Source of the DNA: Chrysomallon squamiferum
Taxonomy: Eukaryota; Animalia; Mollusca
Direction of reading: 5' to 3'
Length of the DNA: 64,000 nt
Assembly (NCBI GenBank): GCA_012295275.1
Contig: CM022672.1
Span: 30,070,001 to 30,134,000 of the forward strand
Shown here: positions 1 through 12,085 of the stretch, in pieces
How the letters are laid out: each line of letters starts with the position of its first letter
How positions within the stretch are numbered: the first letter of the stretch is position 1
Made by a program: the position numbers and the translations under genes
Notes under the pieces: model-generated
What the model saw: only the letters and a program-made list of their open reading frames with translations
Databases searched by the model: none
Told to the model about the DNA's origin: nothing

Positions 1-420
1 TGGAAGTAGCTATTTCTAAGAGAATAGTCATAGGACATGAAGGTGCACGATGCAACTTGTAAATATCTATATTTCAATTATTTGTCATTATTTTATCATT
101 GATGATCAATTAATAAGTAGGTCACAGAACAGGCTGATTAAAAATTATGCACAGTGTTGAATTTACATTCAAAATTTACATGTATCTTTGTGTGCCTACT
201 TTTACTTTTAAAGACATGTACAGCAAAATGAGTTAACACTATACAAACCTATTATTCTATTTAGTAAAGAATGGTGTGCTGTGTTTATGTTCACGTGTAT
301 GTTTGTGTGTGTACTTTACGGTATTTAAAACAGAATAAATAACATTCAGAGCTGCAAGGGGAACTGATACTAGGTGGGACGACATAAACGCGCAAGAAAA
401 CAGCGCCTTGACAATAAAAC

Positions 421-516
<96 letters not shown>

Positions 517-1785
517 AGAAACATTAGTACTCAAATCATAAACGTCAAATTATAAGCACTCCTAGGTTTCTGTCAAAACGATAAATGAATCCATCCACAG
601 ATTCATGCAACTGACCCTTCTGGGAGGTAAACTCGATTTTGGTTCAGGAGTAATTTTCATCAAGTTTTTATGGTAAATTGTTTTTAAAAAAATCTGTGCC
701 GTCATGTCGGGAACTTTTTTGTAGGCGTGCTTTTATTTGAAACTTCGTGATCAGAAATAACAGTTTTGTGAGTGGTTCACGATATTGTCAAAACCTTTCA
801 TAGATTGCTTTTGTGGCTGGATTAAATTTTGATCAAAATGACGGTTATTTCGTTTTGACCTATGTATACTAAGGAAGCACCATTGTAAGCGCTTTTGTCG
901 ATCCGCCCTGATCAGCCCTGTAACAGTACATGTATATGTATACATGTATACATACAGTACATGTATACATACACTGACACACACACGACATACTTGAGAT
1001 GAAACGTTTTATGCATTGTGTCACCGATACTTGCTATCTACACTTACGTTTAACAACAGATTATGCAAACTACACGTTATAATTATTAAATAAAACTAAA
1101 ATAAAACTCGGTCATATACTGTAAGCACTATTTCGACTGTTTATACCAATACAACGTTATATTATATTATATTATATTATATTATTTAGTTAGTTAGTTA
1201 TAATATTTGTCTGTGTGTTTGTTTATTTGCTTGTTGTTTTGTTTTTTAATGTTGTTGTTGTTTTCTTGTTTCGTTGATTGGTTTATTTATCTATTAATTT
1301 GTTTATTATCATTATTTTTATTTGTTCATTTGGAATGCAGCCAGATATCATACTCCCTGTTATTAAATATCAAGATCGTTTGACGTCATACACACCCAGT
1401 CATACAAAAACAATGCTCCACCTTTGTACGAGATAACATTTCAACTGTTGTCAGTTTTTCACCCATCTAGCTAGCTACCTGTTCCATATCTCTCTATCCG
1501 TATCTCTCTTTCGCACATGCTCGCACTCAAACCTATCTGTTCATTATTAGTTTTTGATACCTAATTTTACAATATTCAGGTATATTAGATCATTAAATTT
1601 CATTCAGCAAATTTATTTAAATATATTTGACAGATTTAGTTACATTTACATTTAGCAATAATATATTATATATGTATACACTGATCAAAATTTCTAAGTG
1701 AAACTTTAACAATATTACATAAATATAAGTTTGATGGTATTATCTAAATACACATCATTGATAAGTTGTTTGTTATGTACACACA

Positions 1786-1921
<136 letters not shown>

Positions 1922-2289
1922 CGCATCACTAATAGGACAAATGTTCACATTTAGAAAAATTAATTTCCTTGATGTTCTTTCTGGTTTAATTCATCTTAGA
2001 CACTCAATTATGAAAGACACTTAATTATGAGATTACTGCACATGCTGTCCACTGGCTTTTTCACTTCTGTGACACATCTTGTTTTCCACACTGCACCTGC
2101 ATTTTACTGTTACTTTGCAATATTGCTTTAGTGTGACTAAAAACAGCTTTCATCTCAATATATATACATTTAGGGGGAAAAGTCACAGGAGAAAGTCCCA
2201 GGAAAAAAAACACAGGGAAAAAGTCACAATTTCTAATTAAGAAGTATATTAGCAATGAAACGTTGATTACGCACATTTTGTAATATTTT

Positions 2290-3768
2290 TTGATATCACA
2301 GGCCTCTTGAACACTGATATTCTATAAATTGACAGTAGTATATTCATAAATTCTATTGAACAATTTTCAGTTCTTAGATAACATCCAAATATTAATAGTC
2401 TTTTTAATTGATCTAATGAAAACCCTGTTTTCTTAAATATTTGAATACATATTTCATCAATGATAAGATATTAATTCCAATAATTCTTCACAATACAAAA
2501 ATAAATGGCACAAATCTTCATCATCCTTTAAACACACTGGACATATACTAGATGAGATTTTGCCATATCTATATAATTTTCTATATGTATATATTATATG
2601 ATGAACTGTTCTAAAATCTAAGTCTATAAATTCAGTAAATTTATCACTGTAGTGTATTCATGTCCAAACTGGTCTCCAGAATATATTAAAAGCAAGCTCA
2701 GCCATTTTTCTTCACAAGTAGGTGATTTAACCTTTTTTGAAGTTAAACAGAATAAAATATTTTAACTGTAAATTTTCTGATGTTTACCACTTCGTTATTA
2801 TGAAAGAGAAATAAATCTTTATTAGGAGTTAATCTTTTAGCATTTCTGTTAATACAACTTTTCCATTCATCTGAAAGGGATTTCAGAATAACAGTGTAAG
2901 CAATATAAATTAGTTTTTGGGGTAATTCCGGATATCTTTCATGAATAATTTTAACAATAGCTGTAAAAGGAAGAAAACCTGGTATTATTTCATATGCAAT
3001 ATCAGCCACTTTGACTATTCCACTTTTAATAAAAGAACTAAATAATAATTTGTTTTTATATTTAATGAATGGATTTTGAAAAAGTGGCGGAGACAATATT
3101 TCGTCTGTATCAAGTGGGAAATTACGTTCTCCATTATTAACAAAGTCCCAAGCTGACAACATTTCAGCATAAAAAGGGTTGATAACTTTTAAAGCTTCGT
3201 TACTGTATACTATTTTTAAAATGTCATAATTTAGATTCATATTCATATATTTTTCAAGAAATATTGACATTGTATATTTCCACACATTTTTAAAATTATT
3301 ATCAAAATATTTCTTTAACATTTTTATACGAAAAGCCATTTTCTTTAATGAAATATCTTGAATATTTAATCCACCCGACATTTTATTTCCAATTATTGTT
3401 GAATATTTTATTAAATGCTTTTTTCCTTCCTACATAAATTTATAAAATAATTTATGAATTTCATTTTCTACCCAATTTGGTACGTTTATTGTGCTAATGA
3501 TATACCACAGTCTAGATGTTAATAAAGTATTCCATACTTCAGCTTTTCCGTGCAAATTAAAGTTTCCTTCGACTCCATAAGTTAATTAAATTAGACATTT
3601 TATCTAATTTACTTTTCCAGTTCAACCTTTCACATAACGACTTATTTGGTCCTAACTAGAGACCTAGAATTTTAACACAGTTTTTATTTATCGATATTGG
3701 AATGTTAAAAGATAAGTTTTCTTTCATGGTCTTACCAAGACAAAGTACTTCTGACTTATCAACATAGA
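2290..3768 (-). mobile_element. Degenerate Tx1-clade (L1 group) non-LTR retrotransposon ORF2 fragment: end of RT, thumb region and C-terminal CCHC zinc finger
   Basis: Minus-strand translation gives VDKSEVLCLG and VKILG (end of RT), then LHGKAEVWNTLLTSRLWYI and GGLNIQD (ORF 2743..3381), and CPVCLKDDEDLCHLFLYC near 2490-2545 (zf-RVT-like). It is broken by stops and frameshifts and ends at a poly(T) run at 3771-3804. Boundaries are approximate. Confidence 0.85.
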
Positions 3769-3769
3769 A

Positions 3770-3810
<41 letters not shown>

Positions 3811-4086
3811 AAATAAACAATTTCATTAACACGACTTTGTATAATAAACATAAACTTTATCTTAACATAATATGACAGGATTTGACCAGGTGTAATTAAT
3901 AAGTGTTCGTTGAATGTCACTCAAATGTGAGAGTAAAACATGTATTAATATACATCAGTGAAAGCTTTGCATGTTCATTACGAAAATTTTATCTTTCTAT
4001 CAAAATACAATCGCATTTATAATTCTAGCCTCAACAAAGTTTAACAGATACGGTGTTTTGGTCGAAGCAAACAAAAAAAAAACTAC

Positions 4087-4143
<57 letters not shown>

Positions 4144-4247
4144 TCATTGGAAGACGTGTGTGACCTTCGAAAGTTTGATAACAAAAAGATTTAACTTAAT
4201 AGGAGATATTGTACAGCTCTTTACACTGTACATTTAATTAATATTTA

Positions 4248-4278
<31 letters not shown>

Positions 4279-4531
4279 GTATTATTACGTCTACAAATTG
4301 GTGTTAAAATGGTGATTAAGAAGATAATAATAGAATAATAATAATAATAATAACAATAATAATAAAAATAATAACATATTTCTGCACATTATTTATTTTA
4401 ATATATATTACGTCTAATTATGTATGCCATATTTAAATGGCAAGAATAACACACCTCACAAAATAAAAGAAATGTGTCTGCGTACGTATGTATTTTTGTT
4501 ATAAAATAATAATGATAAAATAAAACTTATT

Positions 4532-4603
4532 CTCCCCGGCGGGGAATTGAACCCCGGTCTCCCGCGTGACAGGCGGGGATACTCACCACTATACTACCGA
4601 GGA
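4532..4603 (-). tRNA. tRNA-Asp(GTC), copy T1, intact
   Basis: Reverse complement TCCTCGGTAGTATAGTGGTGAGTATCCCCGCCTGTCACGCGGGAGACCGGGGTTCAATTCCCCGCCGGGGAG: 72 nt, full cloverleaf, anticodon GTC, A and B boxes, T-run downstream. Confidence 0.97.
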
Positions 4604-4640
4604 CGTTACAATAAACACTGAAATTTAATAACACATTACT
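4604..4640 (-). promoter_or_regulatory. Conserved Pol III 5' flank of the tRNA-Asp genes (TATA-like TATTAAAT near -27)
   Basis: A motif close to CGTTACAATAAAC..TGAAATTTAATA (plus strand) follows every copy that keeps its 5' end. A regulatory role is inferred. Confidence 0.5.
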
Positions 4641-4835
4641 TTCATGTTTCATAAAATAGTTTTGTTGATATTTAAATTTATATTAAATTTTATTTATATT
4701 CTTAAAGCTAGAAATTACACGTGTTGCTACACTAATTACCAACTTTATTGCCTTCAGATTTGTAGCTAATTTCTTAGTTTTCGTTTGTTTGTTGTTTGTT
4801 GTTTTGGGTTTTTCGGGGATTGTTATTGGTTTTCC

Positions 4836-4869
<34 letters not shown>

Positions 4870-5441
4870 ATTATAATTATACGCTAGAAGGTAACATGAA
4901 ATACCATTGTTTATTACATTATCAAGTTCTGCAATGGCTGACATTCCCTGTTTATTATCAAAAATGGGCAGATAACGATTATCCAGCTTGTAAAGCATTT
5001 TATTCGTTTAATTGTATTCTGAGTAACGAAAACAACAAAACGTCTTCACAACTTGGATTTCAGATTTTTGGACTTACGCAGTTTACTAATAACATAATCA
5101 TATTTAGTTATCTCCATTACATTATCTTATAAAATAATTATTAGTTAAAAACAACAAATATATTCAATAACAAAATTAAAAAAAAAAATTAAAAAGAAAC
5201 TATTTCAAAACAGAAGTACGTATTTTTTGCAACAATAACAATTAATTAATTAATAAAAGAATTATTTTTAGTGAAACTAAATGACATTTCAATACAGTCT
5301 AGAAAGTTAGTGAGTTATCTCCGTTGCATAATGTTATATAACTAACTTGCATTAAGAAAAAAAAAAAGACACACGGAAAATATACAAGTTGTTGTTGTTT
5401 CCTATAATGAAACTACATAAAAATGAGAAGAAAAAAAAATT

Positions 5442-5495
5442 CTCCCCGGTCTCCCGCGTGACAGGCGGGGATACTCACCACTATACTACCGAGGA
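5442..5495 (-). pseudogene. tRNA-Asp(GTC) copy T2 with 18-nt T-arm deletion (54 nt)
   Basis: Identical to T1 except for loss of CCGGGGTTCAATTCCCCG between two CCGGGG direct repeats. The B box is lost. Confidence 0.9.
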
Positions 5496-5817
5496 CGTTA
5501 GAACAAACTTTGAAATTTAATAACACATTACTTTCATGTTTCAAAAACTATTTTTATTTATTATTGATATTAAAATTTATATTAAATTTTGTTTATAGTC
5601 CTGATGACAAATTACATGTGTTGCTACACTAATTACGTATTTAATAACTTTGAAATTTGTTGCTGAATCTTTAAATCTTGCACCATTAGTTAATGTCTTT
5701 GTTTTTGTTTATTGTTTGTTGTTTGTTGTTTTGGGGGGGTTGCTGTTGTTTGTTTAGTTTTGCTTTTCTTTTGTTTTCTTTTGTTTTTGGTTTCCTGGGC
5801 AATGTTGTTCGTTTTCC

Positions 5818-5878
<61 letters not shown>

Positions 5879-6549
5879 TTACCAAAGAAAATGACATGAA
5901 TTACGATTGTTTGTTACATTTTCAAGTTCTGTAACAGCTGACATTCCCTGTATGCCGATCTGCTTTTTTTTCGTTCTGCGGTTCGATAAACATTCATTCA
6001 TTCCTTCATTCTAGTATCAGTTACTGCCCTTAAACCTAAGTTTGATAATAAAAAAAACAAATAATAAATAAATAAATAAATAAATAAAATTATCTTGTTT
6101 ACAAATTGGTGTTAAAATGATGATGATGATGGTGATGTTGATGATGATGATGATATATTATATTATGTAATCATATTTAAATGGCAACACGCTGATGACT
6201 CAGTAACACGCCTAACAAAGTAAAACAAATGTGTGTGCGTGCGTGAATGTTTAGGTACGTTTGTGTGTTTACACATGCGTATGTGTGCATGTGTGTGTGA
6301 GTGTGTGTATGTATAATTTCGTTAGTTAACATATTTAACTCACCTTTTCTTTTCCATTTCTTTTCTGACGTTTAGCAATTACACAGCAAACCTCTAAAAT
6401 CATCCGTCACTGAACATTAACTCTACAACAGTTAGTAAGAGTTATCTTCTTTATCTTATAAAATTAAGATTTATTAAAGAAAAAATCAAACAAATAAATG
6501 TATTAAATAACAAAAAGAATATACTGTAATAAATAAAATAAAACTAGTC

Positions 6550-6621
6550 CTCCCCGGCGGGGAATTGAACCCCGGTCTCCCGCGTGACAGGCGGGGATAC
6601 TCACCACTATACTACCGAGGA
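6550..6621 (-). tRNA. tRNA-Asp(GTC), copy T3, intact
   Basis: 72-nt sequence identical to T1. Confidence 0.97.
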
Positions 6622-6878
6622 CGTTACAATAAACTTTGAAATTTAATACCACATTACTTTTATGTTTCAGAAAACGTTTTTTATTGATATTAAAATTTAT
6701 TTTAAATTTTGTTTTTATTCTTAAAGCTAGAAATTAGACGAGTTGCTATCCTAATTATGTACTTAATTACCTTGAAATTTGTAGGTGAATCTTTAAATCT
6801 CGCACCAGTATGCTTTTGTGCGAGATTTCAAGATTCAGCTATATCTTAGTTTTTGTTTGTTTTGTTGTTTGTTGTTTT

Positions 6879-6910
<32 letters not shown>

Positions 6911-6950
6911 CTTTCGTTTTTGGTTTCTTAGGGGATTGTTGTTGTTATTA

Positions 6951-7015
<65 letters not shown>

Positions 7016-7963
7016 CGCTAAAAGATCATATGAAATACCATTGTTTGTTACATTATCAAGTTCTGAAATGGCTGACATTACCTGTTTATTATTAAAAATG
7101 GGCAGATAACGATTATCCAGCTTGTAAAGCATTTTATTCGTTTAATTGTATTCTGAGTAACGAAAACAACAAAACGTCTTCTCAACTTGGATTCCAGATT
7201 TTTTGGGCTTACGCAGTTTACTAATGACGTAATCATAAACGCTTTACACCGTGTTATAAGTAATATTTTAATTTTTATATATAAAGTAATCACTATATTT
7301 TTGTATTTACCTGTGGTTTAACACTCAGTAGCCGATATGCTTCTTTTCGTGGTGGGGGGTCAACAAACATTCATTCATTCCTTCATTCTAGTATGAGTTA
7401 TTTCCCCTAAACTTAGCCAATTTACTTGAATTAATAATTTTTTCAAATAGCTGTTAAAATAATAATTATTATAATTACAATAATAATAATAAAGAGTTTT
7501 GCACATTATTAATTGTAATTTACACGTATATATTATCCCTAATTATGTAAGTCATATTTAAAAAACAAAAACGCTGTTGACTCAGTAAGACACCTAACAA
7601 AATAGAACAAATGTGTGAAGATACGTGTATGTTTTTGTGCGTTTGTGTGTTTTTGTATATAATACATATGTGCGTGTGTTTGTGTGTGTGTGTGTGAGTG
7701 TATGTGTGAGTGTGTGTATATGTGTGATTTCGTTAGTTAACATATTTAACTCACCTTTTCTTAAATAATCTTTTCTGACGTTTAGTAATTACACAGCAAA
7801 CCTCTAGAATATCAGTCACTGAACATTAACTCTAGAACAGTTAGTGATAGAGTTACTCATTTACAATATCTTATAAAATAAATATTTGTTAAACAAAAAT
7901 CAAACAAATAAAAGTATTAAATAACAAAAAAAATATAGAGTAATAATAAAACCAAAAGTCAGC

Positions 7964-8035
7964 CTCCCCGGCGGGGAATTGAACCCCGGTCTCCCGCGTG
8001 ACAGGCGGGGATACTCACCACTATACTACCGAGGA
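7964..8035 (-). tRNA. tRNA-Asp(GTC), copy T4, intact
   Basis: 72-nt sequence identical to T1. Confidence 0.97.
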
Positions 8036-8594
8036 CGTTACAATAAACTTTGAAATTTAATAACACATTACTTTCATGTTTCAAAAACTATTTTTATTTA
8101 TTATTGATATTAAAATTTATATTATATTTTGTTTATAGTCCTGATGACAAATTACATGTGTTTTGCTACACTAATTACGTATTTAATAACTTTGAAATGT
8201 GTTGCTGAATCTTTAAATCTTGCACCATTAGTTAATGTCTTAGTTGTTGTTTGTTGTTTTGTGGGGGTTGTTTTTGTTTGTTTGTTTAGTTTTGCTTTTC
8301 TTTTGTTTTCTTTTGTTATTGGTTTCCTGGGCAATGTTGTTCGTTTTCCCATTATTATTATTATTATTAATATTATTATTTTTTTATTTATTTTTTTTTT
8401 TTACGAAAGAAAAATCACATGAAATACGATTGTTTGTTACATTTTCAAGTTCTGTAACAGCTGACATTCCCTGTATGCCGAAATGCTTATTTTTCGTTCT
8501 GCGGTTCGATAAACATTCATTCATTCCTTCATTCTAGTATCAGTTACTTCCCTTAAACCTAAGTTTAATAATAAAAAAACAAATAATAAATAAG

Positions 8595-8637
<43 letters not shown>

Positions 8638-9111
8638 AAAATACATTGTTTACAAATTGGTGTTAAAATGATGATGATGATGATGATGGTGATGGTGATG
8701 TTGATGATGATATATTATATTATGTAATCATATTTAAATGGCAACACGCTGATGACTCAGTAACACGCCTAACAAAGTAAAACAAATGTGTGTGCGTGCG
8801 TGAATGTTTAGGTACGTTTGTGTGTTTGTATATGCGTTTGTGTGCATGTATATGTGTGTGTGTGTTTGTGTTGATTTCGTTAGTTAACATATGTAACTCA
8901 CCTTTTCTTTTACATTTCTTTTCTGACGTTTAGTAATTACACAGCAAACCTCTAAAATCATCCGTCACAGAACATTAACTCTAGAACAGTTAGTAACAGT
9001 TACTCCTTTACATTATCTTATAAAATTAATATTTATTAAAGAAAAAATCAAACAAATAAATGTGTAAAATAATAAAAAGAATATACTGTAATAATAAAAC
9101 AAGAAGATATC

Positions 9112-9159
9112 CTCCCCGGCGGGGAATTGAACCCCGGTCTCCCGCGTGACAGGCGGGGA

Positions 9160-9163
<4 letters not shown>
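9112..9163 (-). pseudogene. tRNA-Asp(GTC) copy T5, only nt 21-72 remain; disrupted by retroelement insertion
   Basis: tRNA sequence is exact from its 3' end to AGTATC (nt 21), then abuts a T30 run (the element's poly(A)). Nt 1-20 are absent at the junction. Confidence 0.93.
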
Positions 9164-9193
<30 letters not shown>

Positions 9194-10773
9194 TATTTAC
9201 GACACTATTTTATTCTGTTAACAAATTCTAAAACTAACTGAACTATACTGACACAGAGAAACATTTCTAAGCAAAACGATGTCTAGGGCAAACGCCGAAA
9301 TTGAGGCCTTGTCCAAACATCCGATACAAATCATTTAGAGAACTTCCATCACAAGAGAAAACTTGCAATGGCGCCCAGGTCACGTGTCATGTCTTAGATA
9401 GGTCATTACTGTGACGTCACTACTGGTACGTCACTGTTGCCACGTGACGCTTTGTCCATGTGTTCACAACATCCTCAAACAGGGTAGGTTCTTGTTGTAC
9501 TTGCTACGAAATGAAAACCCGCAGTTTCTGCCAATGAGAAGCTGGCAACCTTCGGGTGGTAATATTACGTCATAAGCTTTAATTCCAATCACTTTTCATG
9601 TGTGCTGCTTGTCTCTTTTTTTGTTTTCTATTTTCTACCAAGCTCCACAGTTTTTCTTCTGATGGACGCTTGATCAATCTCGTTCGACGCTTTGTTTTAC
9701 TCTGCTTACTATTTTCTGCTTCGATGGTTCCAGCTTCCTTGTTAGTAATTTTCACTTTGGTGTTTTTATCAGGGGATTTTCTTGGTTTTTCTCCATTTTC
9801 TGATTTTTGTTGTTCCTTGTTGATTTCCATTTCTGTTGTATTTATCCTCTGGATACTTTCTGCTTCAATTTCTTTTTTCTCCTTTGATTTTACATTATAT
9901 TCCATACCATCACTGTCACTGTCGCTGTTTTTTTGTTCATCGCTGTCATACTCTGTCCAACACTCACATTCATCCTCTTTGTTTCCACACTTTTCACACA
10001 GAAATATGTTCGGGCAGTTTCTAGCAAAATGTCCTTTCTGTTTACAATTATGACACCTGATATTTGGACAATCTTTCAACAAATGATTATCCGCCATACA
10101 GTTGTAACAAACTTTTATTTGATTGTCATGTAAAACTCGAAAATATTTTATACCTTCGTATGTTCGAAATTTCATTGAGTATGGTAAACTTTTTATTCCG
10201 GGTGGAAATTTCACTCTAACATATCTTGTTCCATCTGCAATTTTTGTCCCTTTGTATAGTCTTCTATAAATTGGTGATAAAATTTCTATTTTCATTTCTT
10301 TCAATTTCTCTTCAATTTCTTCATCTTCAATGTATGCAGGCAAGTGCAAAAAGGAAACAACTACTGTTTCAGATTTTAAAATTCTCGCTTTTATTTTTAG
10401 ACCTTTCAATTCTGTTTCTTCAATTTCTGTAATCATTCTCGCTTGTATAATATCTTCTAATGTTATTTCATAAGAGTCGGATTCTTTCGGTACGCACGCT
10501 TTTATCACATCACCCACCTGGCCACTTACAAAATCTATCATGTCGCCTGCTGAAATTTTCTTGTTATCTTCTACATTTACTATCACAGTGCATTCTTTTT
10601 TAAAAACATTTTTCCTCAATACTTCTTTTTTTAAATTCATACCTTTCATCTTCTCTTCATATTTTTCAGAATCTTCCGCCCAAGACATAAAACTTAGTTT
10701 ACAACAAAACCTTTCAGAAGCGAGAGCCGATGTGAAACGCGTCCACACCCGACGCCACCCTAACCGGAAGTCC
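9164..10773 (-). mobile_element. ORF1-only, polyadenylated Tx1-type non-autonomous retrotransposon (HAL1-like), about 1.6 kb, inserted in tRNA-Asp
   Basis: The 5' end reads GGACTTCCGGTTAGGGTGGCG on the minus strand (resembles L1-group 5' termini). Then an 85-nt 5' UTR, an intact ORF1, a 3' UTR of about 390 nt, AATAAA (plus-strand TTTATT 9209-9214) and a poly(A) of about 30 nt (9163-9192). No ORF2 is visible. Confidence 0.85.
9579..10688 (-). CDS. Tx1-type ORF1p / Gag-like nucleic-acid-binding protein with zinc knuckles (ZCCHC3-like), about 369 aa from MSWAED
   Basis: Open frame 9579..10775, with a likely start at M30 (10688). Motifs VVSFLHLPAYIEDEEI, ADGTRYVRVKFP, SLPYS, FRVLHDNQ, two CX2CX4HX4C knuckles (CYNCMADNHLLKDC, CHNCKQKGHFARNC), a third Cys cluster (CEKCGNKEDECEC) and a low-complexity charged tail. 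Confidence 0.88.
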   Translation of the reverse strand: MSWAEDSEKYEEKMKGMNLKKEVLRKNVFKKECTVIVNVEDNKKISAGDMIDFVSGQVGDVIKACVPKESDSYEITLEDIIQARMITEIEETELKGLKIKARILKSETVVVSFLHLPAYIEDEEIEEKLKEMKIEILSPIYRRLYKGTKIADGTRYVRVKFPPGIKSLPYSMKFRTYEGIKYFRVLHDNQIKVCYNCMADNHLLKDCPNIRCHNCKQKGHFARNCPNIFLCEKCGNKEDECECWTEYDSDEQKNSDSDSDGMEYNVKSKEKKEIEAESIQRINTTEMEINKEQQKSENGEKPRKSPDKNTKVKITNKEAGTIEAENSKQSKTKRRTRLIKRPSEEKLWSLVENRKQKKRQAAHMKSDWN

Positions 10774-10815
10774 ATATAAAAAGAATATAGAGTAATAATA
10801 AAACAAAAAGGAAAC

Positions 10816-10869
10816 CTCCCCGGTCTCCCGCGTGACAGGCGGGGATACTCACCACTATACTACCGAGGA
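10816..10869 (-). pseudogene. tRNA-Asp(GTC) copy T6 with the same 18-nt T-arm deletion
   Basis: 54 nt, identical to T2. It ends 42 nt upstream of the retroelement 5' end. Confidence 0.9.
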
Positions 10870-12014
10870 CGTTACAATAAACTTTGAAATTTAATAACAC
10901 ATTACTTTCATGTTTCAAAAACTATTTTTATTTATTATTGATATTAAAATTTATGTTATATTTTGTTTATAGTCCTGATGACAAATTACATGTGTTGCTA
11001 CACTAATTACGTATTTAATAACCTTGAAATTTGTTGCTGAATCTTTAAATCTTGCACCATTAGTTAATGTCTTAGTTTTTGTTTGTTGTTTGTTTTCTTT
11101 TGTTTTCTTTTGACGCTAGAAGATCATATGAAATACCATTGTTTGTTACATTATCAAGTTCTGCAATGGCTGACATTCCCTGTTTACTAATAAAAATGGG
11201 CAGATAACAATTATCCAGCTTGTAAAGCATTTTATTCATTTTAATTGTATTCTGAGTAACAAAAACAACAAAACGTGTTCTCAGCTTGGACTCAGATTTT
11301 TTTGACTTTACTAATAACATAACTATAAACTGTTATGCTATGTTTTAATAAGATTTGAATTTTTATTTATAAAGTAATCACCATTTTGTTAAAAATACCT
11401 GTGGATTAGTACCCAGTAGGCGGTATGTTTTTTTTCGTGTTGCGGTTCGATAAACATTCATTCATTCTAGTACCAATTACTTCCCTTAAACCTAAGTTTA
11501 ATAATAAAAAACAAATAAATAAATAAATAAATAAATAAATAAAATTACCGTGTTTACAAATTGGTGTTAAAATGATGATGATGATGATGATGATGGTGAT
11601 GTTGATGATGATATATTATATTATGTAATCATATTTAACTGGCAACACGCTGATGACTCAGTAACACGCCTAACAAAGTAAAACAAATGTGTGTGCGTGC
11701 GTGAATGTTTAGGTACGTTTGTGTGTTTATAATATGCGTATGTGGGCATGTATGTGTGAGTGTGTGTGTATGTGTTGATTTCGTTAGTTAACATATGTAA
11801 CTCACCTTTTCTTTTACATTTCTTTTCTGACGTTTAGTAATTACACAGCAAACCTCTAAAATCATCCGTCACTGAACATTAACTCTAGAACAGTTAGTAA
11901 CAGTTACTCCTTTACATTATCTTATAAAAATAATATTTATTAAAGCAAAATCAAACAAATAAATGTATTAAATAACAAAAAGAATATACTGTAATAAACA
12001 AAATAAAACTAGTC

Positions 12015-12085
12015 CTCCCCGGCGGGGAATTGAACCCCGGTCTCCCCGTGACAGGCGGGGATACTCACCACTATACTACCGAGGA
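12015..12085 (-). tRNA. tRNA-Asp(GTC), copy T7, 1-nt deletion in the anticodon stem (possible pseudogene or sequencing error)
   Basis: Plus strand reads TCTCCCCGTGAC instead of TCTCCCGCGTGAC; 71 nt. Confidence 0.75.

Noticed and set aside
3771-4060. Poly(T) run that could be the tail of a further minus-strand retroposon interrupting the Tx1 ORF2 fragment
   Set aside because: No canonical AATAAA next to the tail, no recognisable coding sequence and no TSD, so it cannot be supported as a feature.
9579-10775. Host ZCCHC3-like cellular gene
   Set aside because: Intronless, carries a genomic poly(A) tail and interrupts a tRNA gene, so it is better explained as retroelement ORF1. A retrocopy of a domesticated gene is not fully excluded.
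9598-10779. Plus-strand ORFs overlapping ORF1
   Set aside because: Antisense shadows of the A-rich ORF1.
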